A DNA stretch of 55,516 nucleotides from a virus (IMGVR_UViG_3300042934_000707:1-55516); one strand, 5' to 3'. Counted from the first letter of the stretch, positions 36,616-47,241 are shown. Notes: a model not told the origin generated them from the sequence alone. Numbers and translations: made by a program.

Positions 36616-38242
36616 GATTAAACCGTCCTGTCAAATTGGTAAGTACATAGCCGATGGTGTCGTAGTCGAAGGAAGCCATGAGGCTGCCATCGCTGTTGAG
36701 CCAAGTGTTACGCGAGCTGAGTTGGCGTTCGTTCTCTTCCAGCGCTTGGTTCGACATGACAAAGGTTGCAGAGCCGGTGTCACCGTCAAAGTCCGCTGCC
36801 AACTGGGCCAGCTTGGTGGAGTGAGGCGACTGAGTGTCCATGTAGGACATCGAACCTGCCATCGGGAATTCCAGAGCGATGTGATCATCGTCCCCGTACG
36901 GTTCCCACTGGTCGTTCAGCTCATGACGCTGCTCGCCGACGATGGTGGTCTTGGTGTAGACCCGGCTTGGATAAATGGAGCCTGTGCCCGTGATTGGGTA
37001 ACGGCATATTTGCACGAAGTACTTGTTCCACTTGTTGTAGCCGCACAGGTACAGCATCTCGGCCAACGTAATGGGTGACACGTACTTGCGGTCAAGGTTG
37101 GCCGGAAGCTCATTGATGTCGTAGAAGATCTTGAAGCTGTTGTCCGGGCCTTTATAAATGAGCGCCAGATAGTAGCCTTCGATCTCCACGTAACGACCGC
37201 GGTTGTCCACCAGTTGGTACTGGTCGATGATGCCGCTCAAGCCGTCTTTGGTGGTCCACGCATCGCGGGTCTCAGGGGTCAACGACACCCATTCACCGGT
37301 CAGCGAATTCTTGTTGATCAACCGCGCTTGACCTTCACCGGCGTCAATCAAGGTGCCGAAGGTTTTACGCAGGTGGTGGATCGTGATCGGGGTCAGGCCT
37401 TTAATGACCTGGAACAGACCCAACGAGGTGGCATCAAAGCCCGGCGCATTCTGGTCCGAGAGGTTGGCAATGGAGGTGTCCATAACCGACAGCACGTTAC
37501 GCGTACCGTACACCACACGACGGGAAGCCCACTTGTCGAGGATGAAGCCGTTCTTACCGCCGAGCATGCCTTCGATCAGCTCGTAGATCTCCATCATGGT
37601 GTTGGTCAGCGCATTACGCGCAATGTCCAACGCCGGGGACTCCATGTCACTGGTAGAAGGGATCGTGTTGGCAATCGACAACGCCCGGTAGTACAGGTCG
37701 TGGATCTCGTTCTTGGAGACCGAGCCATTAGAGTTGATCTCGATGTCACGCAGGCCTGCTGGGATCACAGGGATGTAACGCCCCATGGCCGTGGCCCGGT
37801 ACTTGTTGATCAACTCGACCCGCAGCATGCGAGTAGGTGATTTACTCTTGCGAAGTTGCAGCTCTTTGAAGTGCTTGATAAAGAAGCTGTAACCGGTTTG
37901 GGCTTTCTCGCTGGTGTCGGCAATGAAGTCCTTGGTAACCGGATCAAAGATTGCCGTTTCACGTCCCGACAAGATCCCTTTGTAGATCCCTTTCAAGGAG
38001 ATCAGGTCGCGGTAGATCTTGGGGTGCATGATGAAGACTTTGAGGTCGATGTACGAGAACGTGTAGTCCCGCGAATCAGAACCCACCCGGCCGAAGATCG
38101 ACGTCGAGTACAGACCTTGGTCATGAAACTCGTTGCTGGCACCTTCGTAGATGTCAAGACTGGTGACTGGCGTTAGACCTCTCACACGCTGGTCAGTGAG
38201 CACCATGGGCCAAATCTTGGCGGGCTCTTCTGCGTATTTCAT
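36581..38242 (-). CDS. Virion RNA polymerase beta' N-terminal catalytic subunit (phiKZ gp180-like)
   Basis: 553 aa; GLYSTSIFG, PVIPAGLRD, CRYP, catalytic AADFDGD. Confidence 0.93.
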   Translation of the reverse strand: MKYAEEPAKIWPMVLTDQRVRGLTPVTSLDIYEGASNEFHDQGLYSTSIFGRVGSDSRDYTFSYIDLKVFIMHPKIYRDLISLKGIYKGILSGRETAIFDPVTKDFIADTSEKAQTGYSFFIKHFKELQLRKSKSPTRMLRVELINKYRATAMGRYIPVIPAGLRDIEINSNGSVSKNEIHDLYYRALSIANTIPSTSDMESPALDIARNALTNTMMEIYELIEGMLGGKNGFILDKWASRRVVYGTRNVLSVMDTSIANLSDQNAPGFDATSLGLFQVIKGLTPITIHHLRKTFGTLIDAGEGQARLINKNSLTGEWVSLTPETRDAWTTKDGLSGIIDQYQLVDNRGRYVEIEGYYLALIYKGPDNSFKIFYDINELPANLDRKYVSPITLAEMLYLCGYNKWNKYFVQICRYPITGTGSIYPSRVYTKTTIVGEQRHELNDQWEPYGDDDHIALEFPMAGSMSYMDTQSPHSTKLAQLAADFDGDTGSATFVMSNQALEENERQLSSRNTWLNSDGSLMASFDYDTIGYVLTNLTGRFNHGSNAPVRTVH

Positions 38243-38318
38243 GATCTATCCCTTTTATGGAATGGTTTTTAAACAGTTGGTATGAACAGCGGCTTAGGTA
38301 TGCAAGCCCGAATGGGAG

Positions 38319-41300
38319 ATGGCCATGGCCAGAAAAGGCGGTAAGGACAATGTAGAAGTCGACGAGTTCGGGCTCGATGATTTCGATTTTGATATTCCCG
38401 AATTCGATTCACCCGAAGTAGACACTAATTCTCGTAAGCCCATCACCCGCGCTTTGAAAGGCGCTGTGCGTGGTGCAAAAGAGAACATTAAAGACCCCGC
38501 CACCTTGCGTCGCGCTGTCTCGATGGCCATGCCGGAAGGCTACGGTCTCGCAGCCGATACCTTGGATGCCGCGTGGTCAGACTCTAAAGAACTATACGAT
38601 AAGATCTCAGGAGACTCTCCCGAGCTGATTCGTAGCAGTAAAGCCTTTGCTCGCAAGGTAAAAAACAAGGTCAATGGCGTACTGCCCGGCGGGTTGAGCA
38701 AGAAGCTTGACGACGCGTTGGAAGACGATCCGTACTCCGGTCCGGTGAAGTCCAGCAAGCAACTTCAGCAGGAACAAGACGACAGTGAGATCGCGGCACT
38801 CAACGATCTGCTCAAGTCCAAAACCGCTGTCGATGAAGCCCGCTATAAAGATGAACAAGCTGAGAAACTGGAAGGCAAGGCACTTGAAAACGCCCGCTTC
38901 CAGTCCAGCGCCAAGTTCCTGAGTTCGATCAACCGCGGCATTGCTCGGTTGGTGGGGTATCAGGACAGCATCAACCTGAAGTACCAACAGAAATCCCTTG
39001 AGCTGCAATACCGTCAATACTCGACGACCAAGCAGCTGACTGACTTGATGGCCGTGGCCACTGAGAAACAGTACCGGATTCTGGAGGAGATCAAACACAA
39101 CACCGCGCTGCCTGAACAGATCAAGTTCAAGAACAGCAAAGAGTTGATGGGCACCATGGCTCGGCAACGTTTGCTGGGCGGTGCACTGAACACGGTCTCC
39201 AACTTCACGCAGAACTACCGCAAGCAGCTCACCGACAACATCGGCGGCATGGTGCAGGGCTTCATGTCCCCGCTCACCGATGCCAAGCAGATGACAGAGG
39301 GGATGGACAAGTCCGACCTCGCTGGCTGGGCGATTGGTAAAGAGGCAAGTGATGCCCTGATCAATCACGGTGCCATGGCACTGAACCCATTGTTGGAAAG
39401 GAGTGACAAGCTTAAACGCGGCAGTGAGGTTTTGCGGAACACCTTCACGGGGATTCCTCAGAAGCTCAACGAGTTTGCTCAGTCTGAAACCACTGCCACC
39501 GGTGGTAAAGGGGTGCTCGCTAACCTCTTTAAAAGCTTCCTGCCAAAGTTTTCCTTGGACGCCCGTCCAGGTGGCACGAATGTCATGGATCTGGACGAAC
39601 CCGGTACATTTGACAAGATCGCCCGCAGGACGCTGATCGAAGTCATCCCAGGGCACCTGGCGGAAATCGCCCACTGGACCAAAGTCGCCGTCACTGGCGA
39701 GAAGGACAGTGAGAAACAAGTGTACAGTGTTGTGCGAGGTGGATTCACCACCCAGTCTGAGAACCTGAAGGACGTCTCCCGGCAGATCATTTCCCGCTCG
39801 GAAAAAGACTCCATCAGATCTTCCACCGAAGAGTTCCTCAAGAAGATCGGCGGGGATACCCTCTCGTCGAAAGCACAGCGCATCCTTAAACGCAAGATCC
39901 TTGATGAAGTTGCGAACGGCAAAGATTTGAAACCGGATCGTCTGGCAGACCCTGCCAACTATCACGGTGAGGACGCGGCTGCTGTTGACGAGATCAACTC
40001 GTTGCTGGTAGACACGTTCGATCTTGACTGGTCCGGCAAAATGTCCGATCAGTCCACTGAAGGCAAGAAGAAATTCAACGACATTCGGAATGAGTTCATC
40101 CGAATGGCCAGCATGATCCCGGCAGCGGGTGATCGCATTCGTGTCTTGAGTGATGTCGTTGGGCGGGACAACCTTCGCAAACTCGGTTTCATCGAGAAGC
40201 AGGGGCGTGAAGACCGCATCAACTACGACAAGATCTGGAACTCGGCCTTAGACGATGAAGAAGATCAGACTCCACCGGCTCCAGCAGGAAGTAAGAAAGC
40301 TCCTCCGAGTCTTGGGGGTAATAACGGTCCTTCTGGCGGTAACCCTAACGACGACAGTCTCAATCCTTTACCACCTGCCGATCGCGCTGGTCGAAGTGAT
40401 GATATCTCTCGTCGTGCCCAGAAAGGACGACCCGCCAAAGTAAACCTTGAGAAGTACCTGGGTGGCAAGTCGCTGTTGATCGGGATCTTGAAAGAGACCC
40501 GTGATTCAAATGCGAATGCTGTTCAAGGTCTGGCGGCGATTCACGGCATCTTCCAGAAATGGGACGTGGCCGGTGTACCTACAGCGTGCTGTGGTCACGA
40601 AGAAGGTGGTGGCTTTGTCGGCCCAATGCCAGGCGGGGCTAATGGCCCTGGGTTTGCTCAACGCATGCGCGATCGTTTCGGTCGCATGATGCCGTCGGGC
40701 GCTGGCGGCGCAGCCGGTGCTGCACGTGGCTGGGCTTCTCGTATCGGAGGCGGTCTGGGCGGGGCTGTAGGCGGGTTGGCCGGGATGGGTGCACGCGGAG
40801 CATGGGGCGCTGGGAAACTGGCTGCTCGTGGCTACTGGGGCGCTTTGAAAGGCGGTGCTCGTTTGGGCTTTGGCGGCGCTAAGCTCGGTGCTCGCATGAG
40901 CTGGGGTGCTCTTAAAGGCCTCGGTGCTGGCGCTGGTGCCATGGGCCGTGGTTTGGCTTGGGCTGGTGGTCTGGGTGGTAACCTTCGTGATCGCTACAAC
41001 GCGAACATGGAAAAAGCTGAAGGTCTGTTAGGTCAGGCTGGAGACTTTACCCGTGATGCGTACGACCGGGCTTCTACTGGGGCGAAGGATCTGGCAGGGG
41101 CCGCGAAGGACAAGTTCTCGGACGTGTTCCTCAAGGGTGAAACTCACCCACGCTTGCTGGGCTGGAAACTCAAAGCTGGTCAGTACTACGACGAAGCCAC
41201 CGGCAAGGCCATCACCAACTGGAACGACATCAAAGGCAATGTGCTGGATGAGAAGAAGAAACTCGTGATGAAATACGAGGACTTCATCGACTCGGGTGGA

Positions 41301-44300
41301 TTGACCGATGCCAAGGGCAAGGTGGTCGCCAAGTACGACAAAGCCAAGCAAGCTGCTCATGACCTGGCCAATAAAGGCAAGGACAAGTTGGGTGGTGCAC
41401 GGGGTATCGCGTCGGAGTTCATGCGCAACTCGTTCTCCAATGGCGGTAACTTGGTCTCGGCCGGTTTGCAAGCCAGTCGTAAGCTGACCACCGGTGGCTT
41501 CAAGAAGGTGATGAACATCTTCCGCCGTGGGAAAGCCGGAGCTGACCTGTCCAGTCACATGACCGGGGATTACGAGAAGGACATGTCCATGCTCGCCCTG
41601 CGTCAAGCCCAAGTGCAGTACGACATCTTTAACCTGCTCAACGGTAAGTTCGGTGGTAAAGGGGTGCGTAAAGGGTCGTGGCAGGATCTGTTCTCCCGTC
41701 GCAAGGAGAAAGAGCAGGAAGAGAAAGAAGCCAAAGGTGCGAAATACACCACCGGTGGCCTCTTTGCCAAAGGCGGTCTACTGGCTGGTCTCCTCGGAGG
41801 CAAGGGCAAGTACGACAAGACAGGCGAAGAGAAAGGCGAAGACGATGACGGCTTGGGCCTTGATGATGCAGCTGACCTCCTAGGAGGCGGTGACGAACGG
41901 GAAGGACGCCGTGGACGGCGTGGTCGTGGTCGTGGGGGTCGTCCTCGTGGCAAGATCGGTCGCCTGTGGGACGGTACCAAACGTCTGGCCGGGAAAGGTC
42001 TGGACAAACTGGGTAAGGTCGGCAAGCTGATCAAAGGTGTCGGTAAAGTTGCTGGGTGGGCTGGTAAAGCCGCGTGGGGACTGACGAAGGGTGTGTTTAA
42101 GGTCGGTGGTGCATTGCTGAACAACCCCCTGACTCGAATCGGTGCCAAGATGCTCGGGCGTGTGGCTTTGGGTGCGGTGATCGGTGCAGGTTCTCTCTTG
42201 AGTGCGCCTGTGATCGGTGCGGCCATGGCGGCATGGACCGTGTACGAGATTGGCAGCTGGTTGTGGTCGCGTTACAAAGACCGCATGCCGCCGCTGTCCC
42301 GTCTGCGGTTTGCACAGTACGGTCTGACACCGCGTAAAGACACGAAGAACTTGGACAAGGTCTTTGCCTTGGAGAAGATGTTCGCCAGCTACACCCGTGT
42401 CGAAGAAAACGGTGCCGTGTCGATCAACTTGAACAAGATCCCGGCTGAGCAGTTTGGGGCCATCTTTGGCTTCAAGATCAGTCAAGACGATCCAGACAGC
42501 ATGGAGAAGTTGGCCAAGGTCATGAAGTGGGTGAACGCCCGTTTCAAAACCGTGTACAGCGCGCATGTGGCTCAGGTGTTTAAACTCACCAAGGGCATGG
42601 ATCTGACCACCGTGGATCAGAAGGTGACTGGGCAACCAGCACTGGACATGCTTGAAGCCGTGAAATTGGGCGATCAAAGCGATCTGTTCAACGACATGTC
42701 CAGCCCGTTCGAGGATGATTTGACCGAAGACGCCGGTGATGTTGAAGACTGGTACAAATCGGCCAAGTCTGACTTGGAATCGGAGTTGAAAGAATCCGAG
42801 AAGGCTGGAGCGGACAAGACCCTGCAAGACGGTACCAAACCGTTGAGTGCTGCTGAAACCGCGGCTGCTACGGCAGCGGCTGCCAAGTTGGGCAGTAACG
42901 CGGCCAGCATGGCGGCGATGCCGAAGAAAGGGGGTAACTACCCTGGTGAATTGGTGTCAGCGGCTGTGGGCACGGGCAAGATCATGCCGGGCATTGGGTT
43001 GGGCGCTGCTGTCGCAGGTGGGGCGCATGTCATCGCTGAGGCCTCCATGGCCGCAGGCCCTGATGACAAGCGGTTGGACTTCGGTAACCCCGTGCGCTAC
43101 AAAGTGTACGGTCTGACGGAGATGGCGGAAGCCAAAGTCGTTCAGCTCTCGCAACTGGAAACCGTGGCCTGGCCAATGGTCAAGTACGATGCCCAGAAGC
43201 GTGCCTTCATTGGCAATGAGACCGAACTGTTCAATCAGTTTGTCAACATCTTTGGGTTGGCTGGCAAGAATCAGGATGATGCCTACGTCTGGTTCTACCG
43301 TCGATTCCTCGTGGCGTTCCTCAAGTACTGCACCGCGGTGCGGGCTCGGAGCACCATCGATGCGAAGGATGCCGTGGCCCGTCTGTCTAACGACGACTTG
43401 CTCGCGGTCCTGAAAGAGATGGTCGGTGCTAAAGATGAAAGCGGTACGTCCGTGTGGCAAGTCACTGAATCCCCATGGGAAGGGTACTGGCTCAACAGTG
43501 ACTCCGCGTCGGTCGATGCTAACCTCACCGGTTTGGCTTCGCGTACTCCGCCTAAGTTGCTCTCTGAAGACGGCTTCAAGAAAGCCGATCAGGTCAAGAA
43601 CAAAGACGGTACCGTGGTCAAGCAAGACCCGACACAGACCAACCGTCCTGCCAACTCGACCTCGTCGAGCAGCACGCCGCAAGCGGCTGCCAGTGCATCG
43701 AAAGATGATTCCGGTGGTGGGTGGTTCAGTAAGTTGTTCGGGGGAGGGGATGACAAGACCAAAGCGCCTCAGGTCGGTGGTATCAATAACCGCACAGGTG
43801 CGCCGTCGATGGCCATGGGTGGCTACAGCGGTGCTCAAGGGAGCATCAGTTCGAGTGGGGGTGGAGGCGGTGCCGTAGGCGCTACCTCGATGGACAACGC
43901 AGGGTCGATCGCTCACATGGGCGGGGGTTCTGCCGGTGACATCAACGCCATTCCGAATCCGTCTGGCGATGGGTGGGAGGCTAACAAAGCAACCATTCTG
44001 GCAGCGGCGAAGATGGTGGGGGTCGATCCAGAGTTGGCATCGAGCATTGCAGGGGTGGAGTCTAACTACATCCCAACCGCACGGCCATACTCCAAGAAGC
44101 TTGGGAAGTTCCTCTCCTCGGCCGCCGGTTATTATCAGGTCATCAAAGGCACATGGAACAGCCTGATGGGCCGATACGGTGCCAAGTACGGGATCAACCC
44201 GAACACGACAGCCATGGACCCTCGGGCGAATGCGTTGCTCGGCTTGGAGTACGTCAAGGAGAACTACGACATCCTCAAGGCGAAGATTGGGCGCAAGGTG

Positions 44301-45074
44301 ACCGACACGGACGTGTACCTCGCTCACTTCTTGGGGTCAGGTGGGGCCAAGCGGTTCTTGGTGGCGCCTCCCGGTGATCCTGCCATCAACCACGTGAGTG
44401 CTGATCAAGCGGCGGCTAACCCGACCATCTTCTACGATAAGTCGGGTCGTCCTCGTACGGTGGCTGACGTCTACAACGACTTCAGCAACAAGCTTCAAAA
44501 ACACCGTAAGCCGAACGCGGCTCAAGACATGGCAGCCCTTCCAGGCGGTGCAGCAGTGGCTGCGTCTGGTGATCAAGGTTCTGCTGCGCCTTCTGAGTCC
44601 CCTGGTGGTGCAGGTGGTGGTGGGTCTTTCGATCCGGCTAACGCCCCATCCGCACCGAAAACAGCCGCCGCTCCGTCGATGGCTCAACCGTCTGGCTCGA
44701 ACATCTCGACGCCAAATAGTGTGTCTGACCCTGGCCCGTCGCCTGCTGATTCAGCCGGTAGCACAACCAAGGTGTCTCAGGCTGCGCAGAACATCGGCCG
44801 TCAAGCCGAGATCGCTGAACTTCAGTCCTCTAGTCAGAACGCAGCAATGTCCAACTCGTTTGGCGGTGTTGAAGGTGTGCTTAGAGAACAACTGTCGGTC
44901 AGCAAGGAATCGGATGCGAAGTTGCAACAACTGGTGGAGTTGGTGTCCAAACTCTCCGGTGGTGGGCTCGCGCCTGCTAGCAATGCCGATCAAGCGCCGC
45001 CGTCCCGTCAGGCTCCGGCACTGAGTACTCCGCGTGCTGCTCCGCGGCCCGTGGTCTCGGTAACCAAGCGCTGA
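38319..45074 (+). CDS. Tape-measure-like tail protein with C-terminal lytic transglycosylase (phiKZ gp181-like)
   Basis: 2251 aa; SLT motifs IAGVES, SSAAGYYQ, YLAHFLG at about 43970-44500; 11-residue aromatic periodicity; hydrophobic segments. Confidence 0.9.
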   Translation: MAMARKGGKDNVEVDEFGLDDFDFDIPEFDSPEVDTNSRKPITRALKGAVRGAKENIKDPATLRRAVSMAMPEGYGLAADTLDAAWSDSKELYDKISGDSPELIRSSKAFARKVKNKVNGVLPGGLSKKLDDALEDDPYSGPVKSSKQLQQEQDDSEIAALNDLLKSKTAVDEARYKDEQAEKLEGKALENARFQSSAKFLSSINRGIARLVGYQDSINLKYQQKSLELQYRQYSTTKQLTDLMAVATEKQYRILEEIKHNTALPEQIKFKNSKELMGTMARQRLLGGALNTVSNFTQNYRKQLTDNIGGMVQGFMSPLTDAKQMTEGMDKSDLAGWAIGKEASDALINHGAMALNPLLERSDKLKRGSEVLRNTFTGIPQKLNEFAQSETTATGGKGVLANLFKSFLPKFSLDARPGGTNVMDLDEPGTFDKIARRTLIEVIPGHLAEIAHWTKVAVTGEKDSEKQVYSVVRGGFTTQSENLKDVSRQIISRSEKDSIRSSTEEFLKKIGGDTLSSKAQRILKRKILDEVANGKDLKPDRLADPANYHGEDAAAVDEINSLLVDTFDLDWSGKMSDQSTEGKKKFNDIRNEFIRMASMIPAAGDRIRVLSDVVGRDNLRKLGFIEKQGREDRINYDKIWNSALDDEEDQTPPAPAGSKKAPPSLGGNNGPSGGNPNDDSLNPLPPADRAGRSDDISRRAQKGRPAKVNLEKYLGGKSLLIGILKETRDSNANAVQGLAAIHGIFQKWDVAGVPTACCGHEEGGGFVGPMPGGANGPGFAQRMRDRFGRMMPSGAGGAAGAARGWASRIGGGLGGAVGGLAGMGARGAWGAGKLAARGYWGALKGGARLGFGGAKLGARMSWGALKGLGAGAGAMGRGLAWAGGLGGNLRDRYNANMEKAEGLLGQAGDFTRDAYDRASTGAKDLAGAAKDKFSDVFLKGETHPRLLGWKLKAGQYYDEATGKAITNWNDIKGNVLDEKKKLVMKYEDFIDSGGLTDAKGKVVAKYDKAKQAAHDLANKGKDKLGGARGIASEFMRNSFSNGGNLVSAGLQASRKLTTGGFKKVMNIFRRGKAGADLSSHMTGDYEKDMSMLALRQAQVQYDIFNLLNGKFGGKGVRKGSWQDLFSRRKEKEQEEKEAKGAKYTTGGLFAKGGLLAGLLGGKGKYDKTGEEKGEDDDGLGLDDAADLLGGGDEREGRRGRRGRGRGGRPRGKIGRLWDGTKRLAGKGLDKLGKVGKLIKGVGKVAGWAGKAAWGLTKGVFKVGGALLNNPLTRIGAKMLGRVALGAVIGAGSLLSAPVIGAAMAAWTVYEIGSWLWSRYKDRMPPLSRLRFAQYGLTPRKDTKNLDKVFALEKMFASYTRVEENGAVSINLNKIPAEQFGAIFGFKISQDDPDSMEKLAKVMKWVNARFKTVYSAHVAQVFKLTKGMDLTTVDQKVTGQPALDMLEAVKLGDQSDLFNDMSSPFEDDLTEDAGDVEDWYKSAKSDLESELKESEKAGADKTLQDGTKPLSAAETAAATAAAAKLGSNAASMAAMPKKGGNYPGELVSAAVGTGKIMPGIGLGAAVAGGAHVIAEASMAAGPDDKRLDFGNPVRYKVYGLTEMAEAKVVQLSQLETVAWPMVKYDAQKRAFIGNETELFNQFVNIFGLAGKNQDDAYVWFYRRFLVAFLKYCTAVRARSTIDAKDAVARLSNDDLLAVLKEMVGAKDESGTSVWQVTESPWEGYWLNSDSASVDANLTGLASRTPPKLLSEDGFKKADQVKNKDGTVVKQDPTQTNRPANSTSSSSTPQAAASASKDDSGGGWFSKLFGGGDDKTKAPQVGGINNRTGAPSMAMGGYSGAQGSISSSGGGGGAVGATSMDNAGSIAHMGGGSAGDINAIPNPSGDGWEANKATILAAAKMVGVDPELASSIAGVESNYIPTARPYSKKLGKFLSSAAGYYQVIKGTWNSLMGRYGAKYGINPNTTAMDPRANALLGLEYVKENYDILKAKIGRKVTDTDVYLAHFLGSGGAKRFLVAPPGDPAINHVSADQAAANPTIFYDKSGRPRTVADVYNDFSNKLQKHRKPNAAQDMAALPGGAAVAASGDQGSAAPSESPGGAGGGGSFDPANAPSAPKTAAAPSMAQPSGSNISTPNSVSDPGPSPADSAGSTTKVSQAAQNIGRQAEIAELQSSSQNAAMSNSFGGVEGVLREQLSVSKESDAKLQQLVELVSKLSGGGLAPASNADQAPPSRQAPALSTPRAAPRPVVSVTKR

Positions 45075-45078
45075 CACG

Positions 45079-45110
45079 TGTGAGGGGGTCACACCCCTCA
45101 CACCCTTTTT
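45079..45110 (+). terminator. Intrinsic terminator
   Basis: GTGTGAGGGG/CCCCTCACAC stem followed by CCTTTTT. Confidence 0.65.
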
Positions 45111-45125
45111 ATTGTCTTACCCAGG

Positions 45126-47195
45126 ATGCTGAATATGGCTGCGACTACCATCAACGATTCCAGTTGGGTGAAGTCGGCCTTCTTGCTCCCAGCTGATGCC
45201 ATGCTTGGTGATGGTGGGAGTGCTCGGCGCATTTACTCCACGTCGATGCAGAAGGCTTTCGACACCACCCTTGGTGGGAATTTCGTGCTCAACCCTTTAC
45301 CGCAGTTCACGCGGTACGCGGACCTGAAGCACAACAATTCGATGAGTTACAACCGTGGTCGAGGGACGCAGTTAACCTCTGCGAAGATGCCCAAGAACAA
45401 CACCACGTCGGACAAGACGTCCAACGGGATGGGTCGGGTCTACAGTGAGAAGTTCGACGACAACATGCAGCGGGTTCACTTCCGTTGCGGGATGGCAGAG
45501 TTCAACGACCTGTACTCGTACTACACCAACTACTACTCGGTACCGGCGGCCACCATGGCGCGGACTGGGCGGACAGCCGGGTTCTTCTACAACCTCGGTT
45601 GGGCGTTGGGTTCTGTAGGGTCCATTCCTTTCATGCCCTTCATTGTGGCAGGCAAGGCCTTGAAGTTTGCCTTGCGACGTCCTGCGTCCAAGTACTACTA
45701 CCTCAAGCCTACGATGTACCCGTATTGGCATGCGGTGTCCTCGATGGTCAACGGTATTGCGGCCAACATGGGCTTGATCCCTCGACCGATTGCTGACAGT
45801 GCGTCCATGCTGTTTGACAACAACGAGAAGATCAGTTCGGCCGACGTTTTGGCGTTCCACAAAATGATGCCGTCGATCTACCGGGCCAACGGTGGTATCG
45901 ACGTGTTTGCGATTGCGCAGCGTGGCCAGCGTTTGATCAACGAACGACGGGCACTGCTCGACTCCGAGTTGGACGGCGTGACCGACTACGCGCAAGTGCA
46001 GAAGATCATGCAGAAGCGTCTGTTTGGTGATGACTTGGCTGAAGTGTACTCCACGATGGAACGTCCGTCGCTGGAAGACTACGGCAAGGTCTGGCGAGAA
46101 TCGGCGGAGCTGGGTAAGTTCGACGACAACTCGGTCACCGACAGTTTCGAGAAGACGCAGCGCGGTGATGGGTTCTGGCAGAAAGCCAAGGACGCCTTTA
46201 CCTCCGAGCATCGCATGGGTTCTGAATTCGTCAGTTTCCGGGTGGACTACACCGGGACTCAGACGGAATCGTTCTCCAGCCAGAGTAAAGAGTCTTCGAT
46301 CTCTCAACAGATCAACTCCCTCTCGGCATCGGCCCGTGAAACCCGCTTCAGCTTAGCGGACGGTAACATCGACTCCACTGGATTGATTGGTGGGGCGGTG
46401 AACAGTCTCAAGAGCTTCGTCGCCGGGGGCATGCAAGGGTTCGGGGTACAAGGGTTGGCACAGCTATCGGGTTCTGCGTTTGCGGACATCCCGAAGATCT
46501 ACGACTCCTCGTCCTGTGATTTCAACAAGACGACGTTCACGATCCCGCTGCGCTCACCGTACGGCGACCCCATGTCGCGGTTGCAAAACCTGATCCTGCC
46601 GCTCTGTGCATTGTTTGCCATGGCAGTGCCGCTGTCCACCGGTAAGCAGTCCTACACAGCGCCGTTCTTGGTTGAGTGCTTTAACCAAGGCCGTTCTCAC
46701 ATTCGCTTGGGGTTGATCTCCTCGTTCAGTGTGACGCGTGGTGTGGGTGACATCGGCTGGAACAACCAAGGTCACTTCTTGGGTTGCGACGTCACCATCA
46801 CCGTGGACGACTTGTCCGGTGTGATGCACATGCCGCTGCAAGCCGGTTACGCCCTGACTGAGAAACTGGTTCAAGGTGCTGGCTACGCCATCGGTTCGGT
46901 CACCGGGTTGTTCACCGGTTCTGAAACGGCAGGCGAAACCGGATCGGCGTTGGCTTCGGCCACCATCGGTTCAACCTACGACGATGACAACGCATACACC
47001 GACTACATGGCCATGCTCTCGGGCATGCCACTGGAAGCGGAAATCAACACGGCCCGTAAATGGGCAGTTCGGATGGCACGGCAGCAAGCCAAGTTCGACG
47101 ACCTCAAGTCGCCAAACCGCATGGTCATGCAAGCCACCTCCGGCGTCATCGGGGACGTCATCAAAGCGTTCTCGCTCTCGACCGATCGTTGGTGA
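45126..47195 (+). CDS. Baseplate/tail-tip structural protein (phiKZ gp182-like)
   Basis: 689 aa; DTTLGGN..LNPLPQFTRYAD and GMGRVYSE motifs; follows the gp181 homologue. Confidence 0.8.
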   Translation: MLNMAATTINDSSWVKSAFLLPADAMLGDGGSARRIYSTSMQKAFDTTLGGNFVLNPLPQFTRYADLKHNNSMSYNRGRGTQLTSAKMPKNNTTSDKTSNGMGRVYSEKFDDNMQRVHFRCGMAEFNDLYSYYTNYYSVPAATMARTGRTAGFFYNLGWALGSVGSIPFMPFIVAGKALKFALRRPASKYYYLKPTMYPYWHAVSSMVNGIAANMGLIPRPIADSASMLFDNNEKISSADVLAFHKMMPSIYRANGGIDVFAIAQRGQRLINERRALLDSELDGVTDYAQVQKIMQKRLFGDDLAEVYSTMERPSLEDYGKVWRESAELGKFDDNSVTDSFEKTQRGDGFWQKAKDAFTSEHRMGSEFVSFRVDYTGTQTESFSSQSKESSISQQINSLSASARETRFSLADGNIDSTGLIGGAVNSLKSFVAGGMQGFGVQGLAQLSGSAFADIPKIYDSSSCDFNKTTFTIPLRSPYGDPMSRLQNLILPLCALFAMAVPLSTGKQSYTAPFLVECFNQGRSHIRLGLISSFSVTRGVGDIGWNNQGHFLGCDVTITVDDLSGVMHMPLQAGYALTEKLVQGAGYAIGSVTGLFTGSETAGETGSALASATIGSTYDDDNAYTDYMAMLSGMPLEAEINTARKWAVRMARQQAKFDDLKSPNRMVMQATSGVIGDVIKAFSLSTDRW

Positions 47196-47198
47196 TAC

Positions 47199-47241
47199 GA
47201 CATACAGCCCGGAGCCACTGCGGCTCCGGGCTGTATGCTGT
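47199..47241. terminator. Bidirectional CATA/TATG-flanked hairpin
   Basis: Perfect 16-bp stem 47201-47216/47222-47237 between convergent genes. Confidence 0.75.

Noticed and set aside
44398-45024. 208-aa alternative-frame ORF at the end of the tape-measure gene
   Set aside because: Non-ATG start; Leu/Arg/Val-rich composition expected from shifting GCT/GGT/CCG-rich codons
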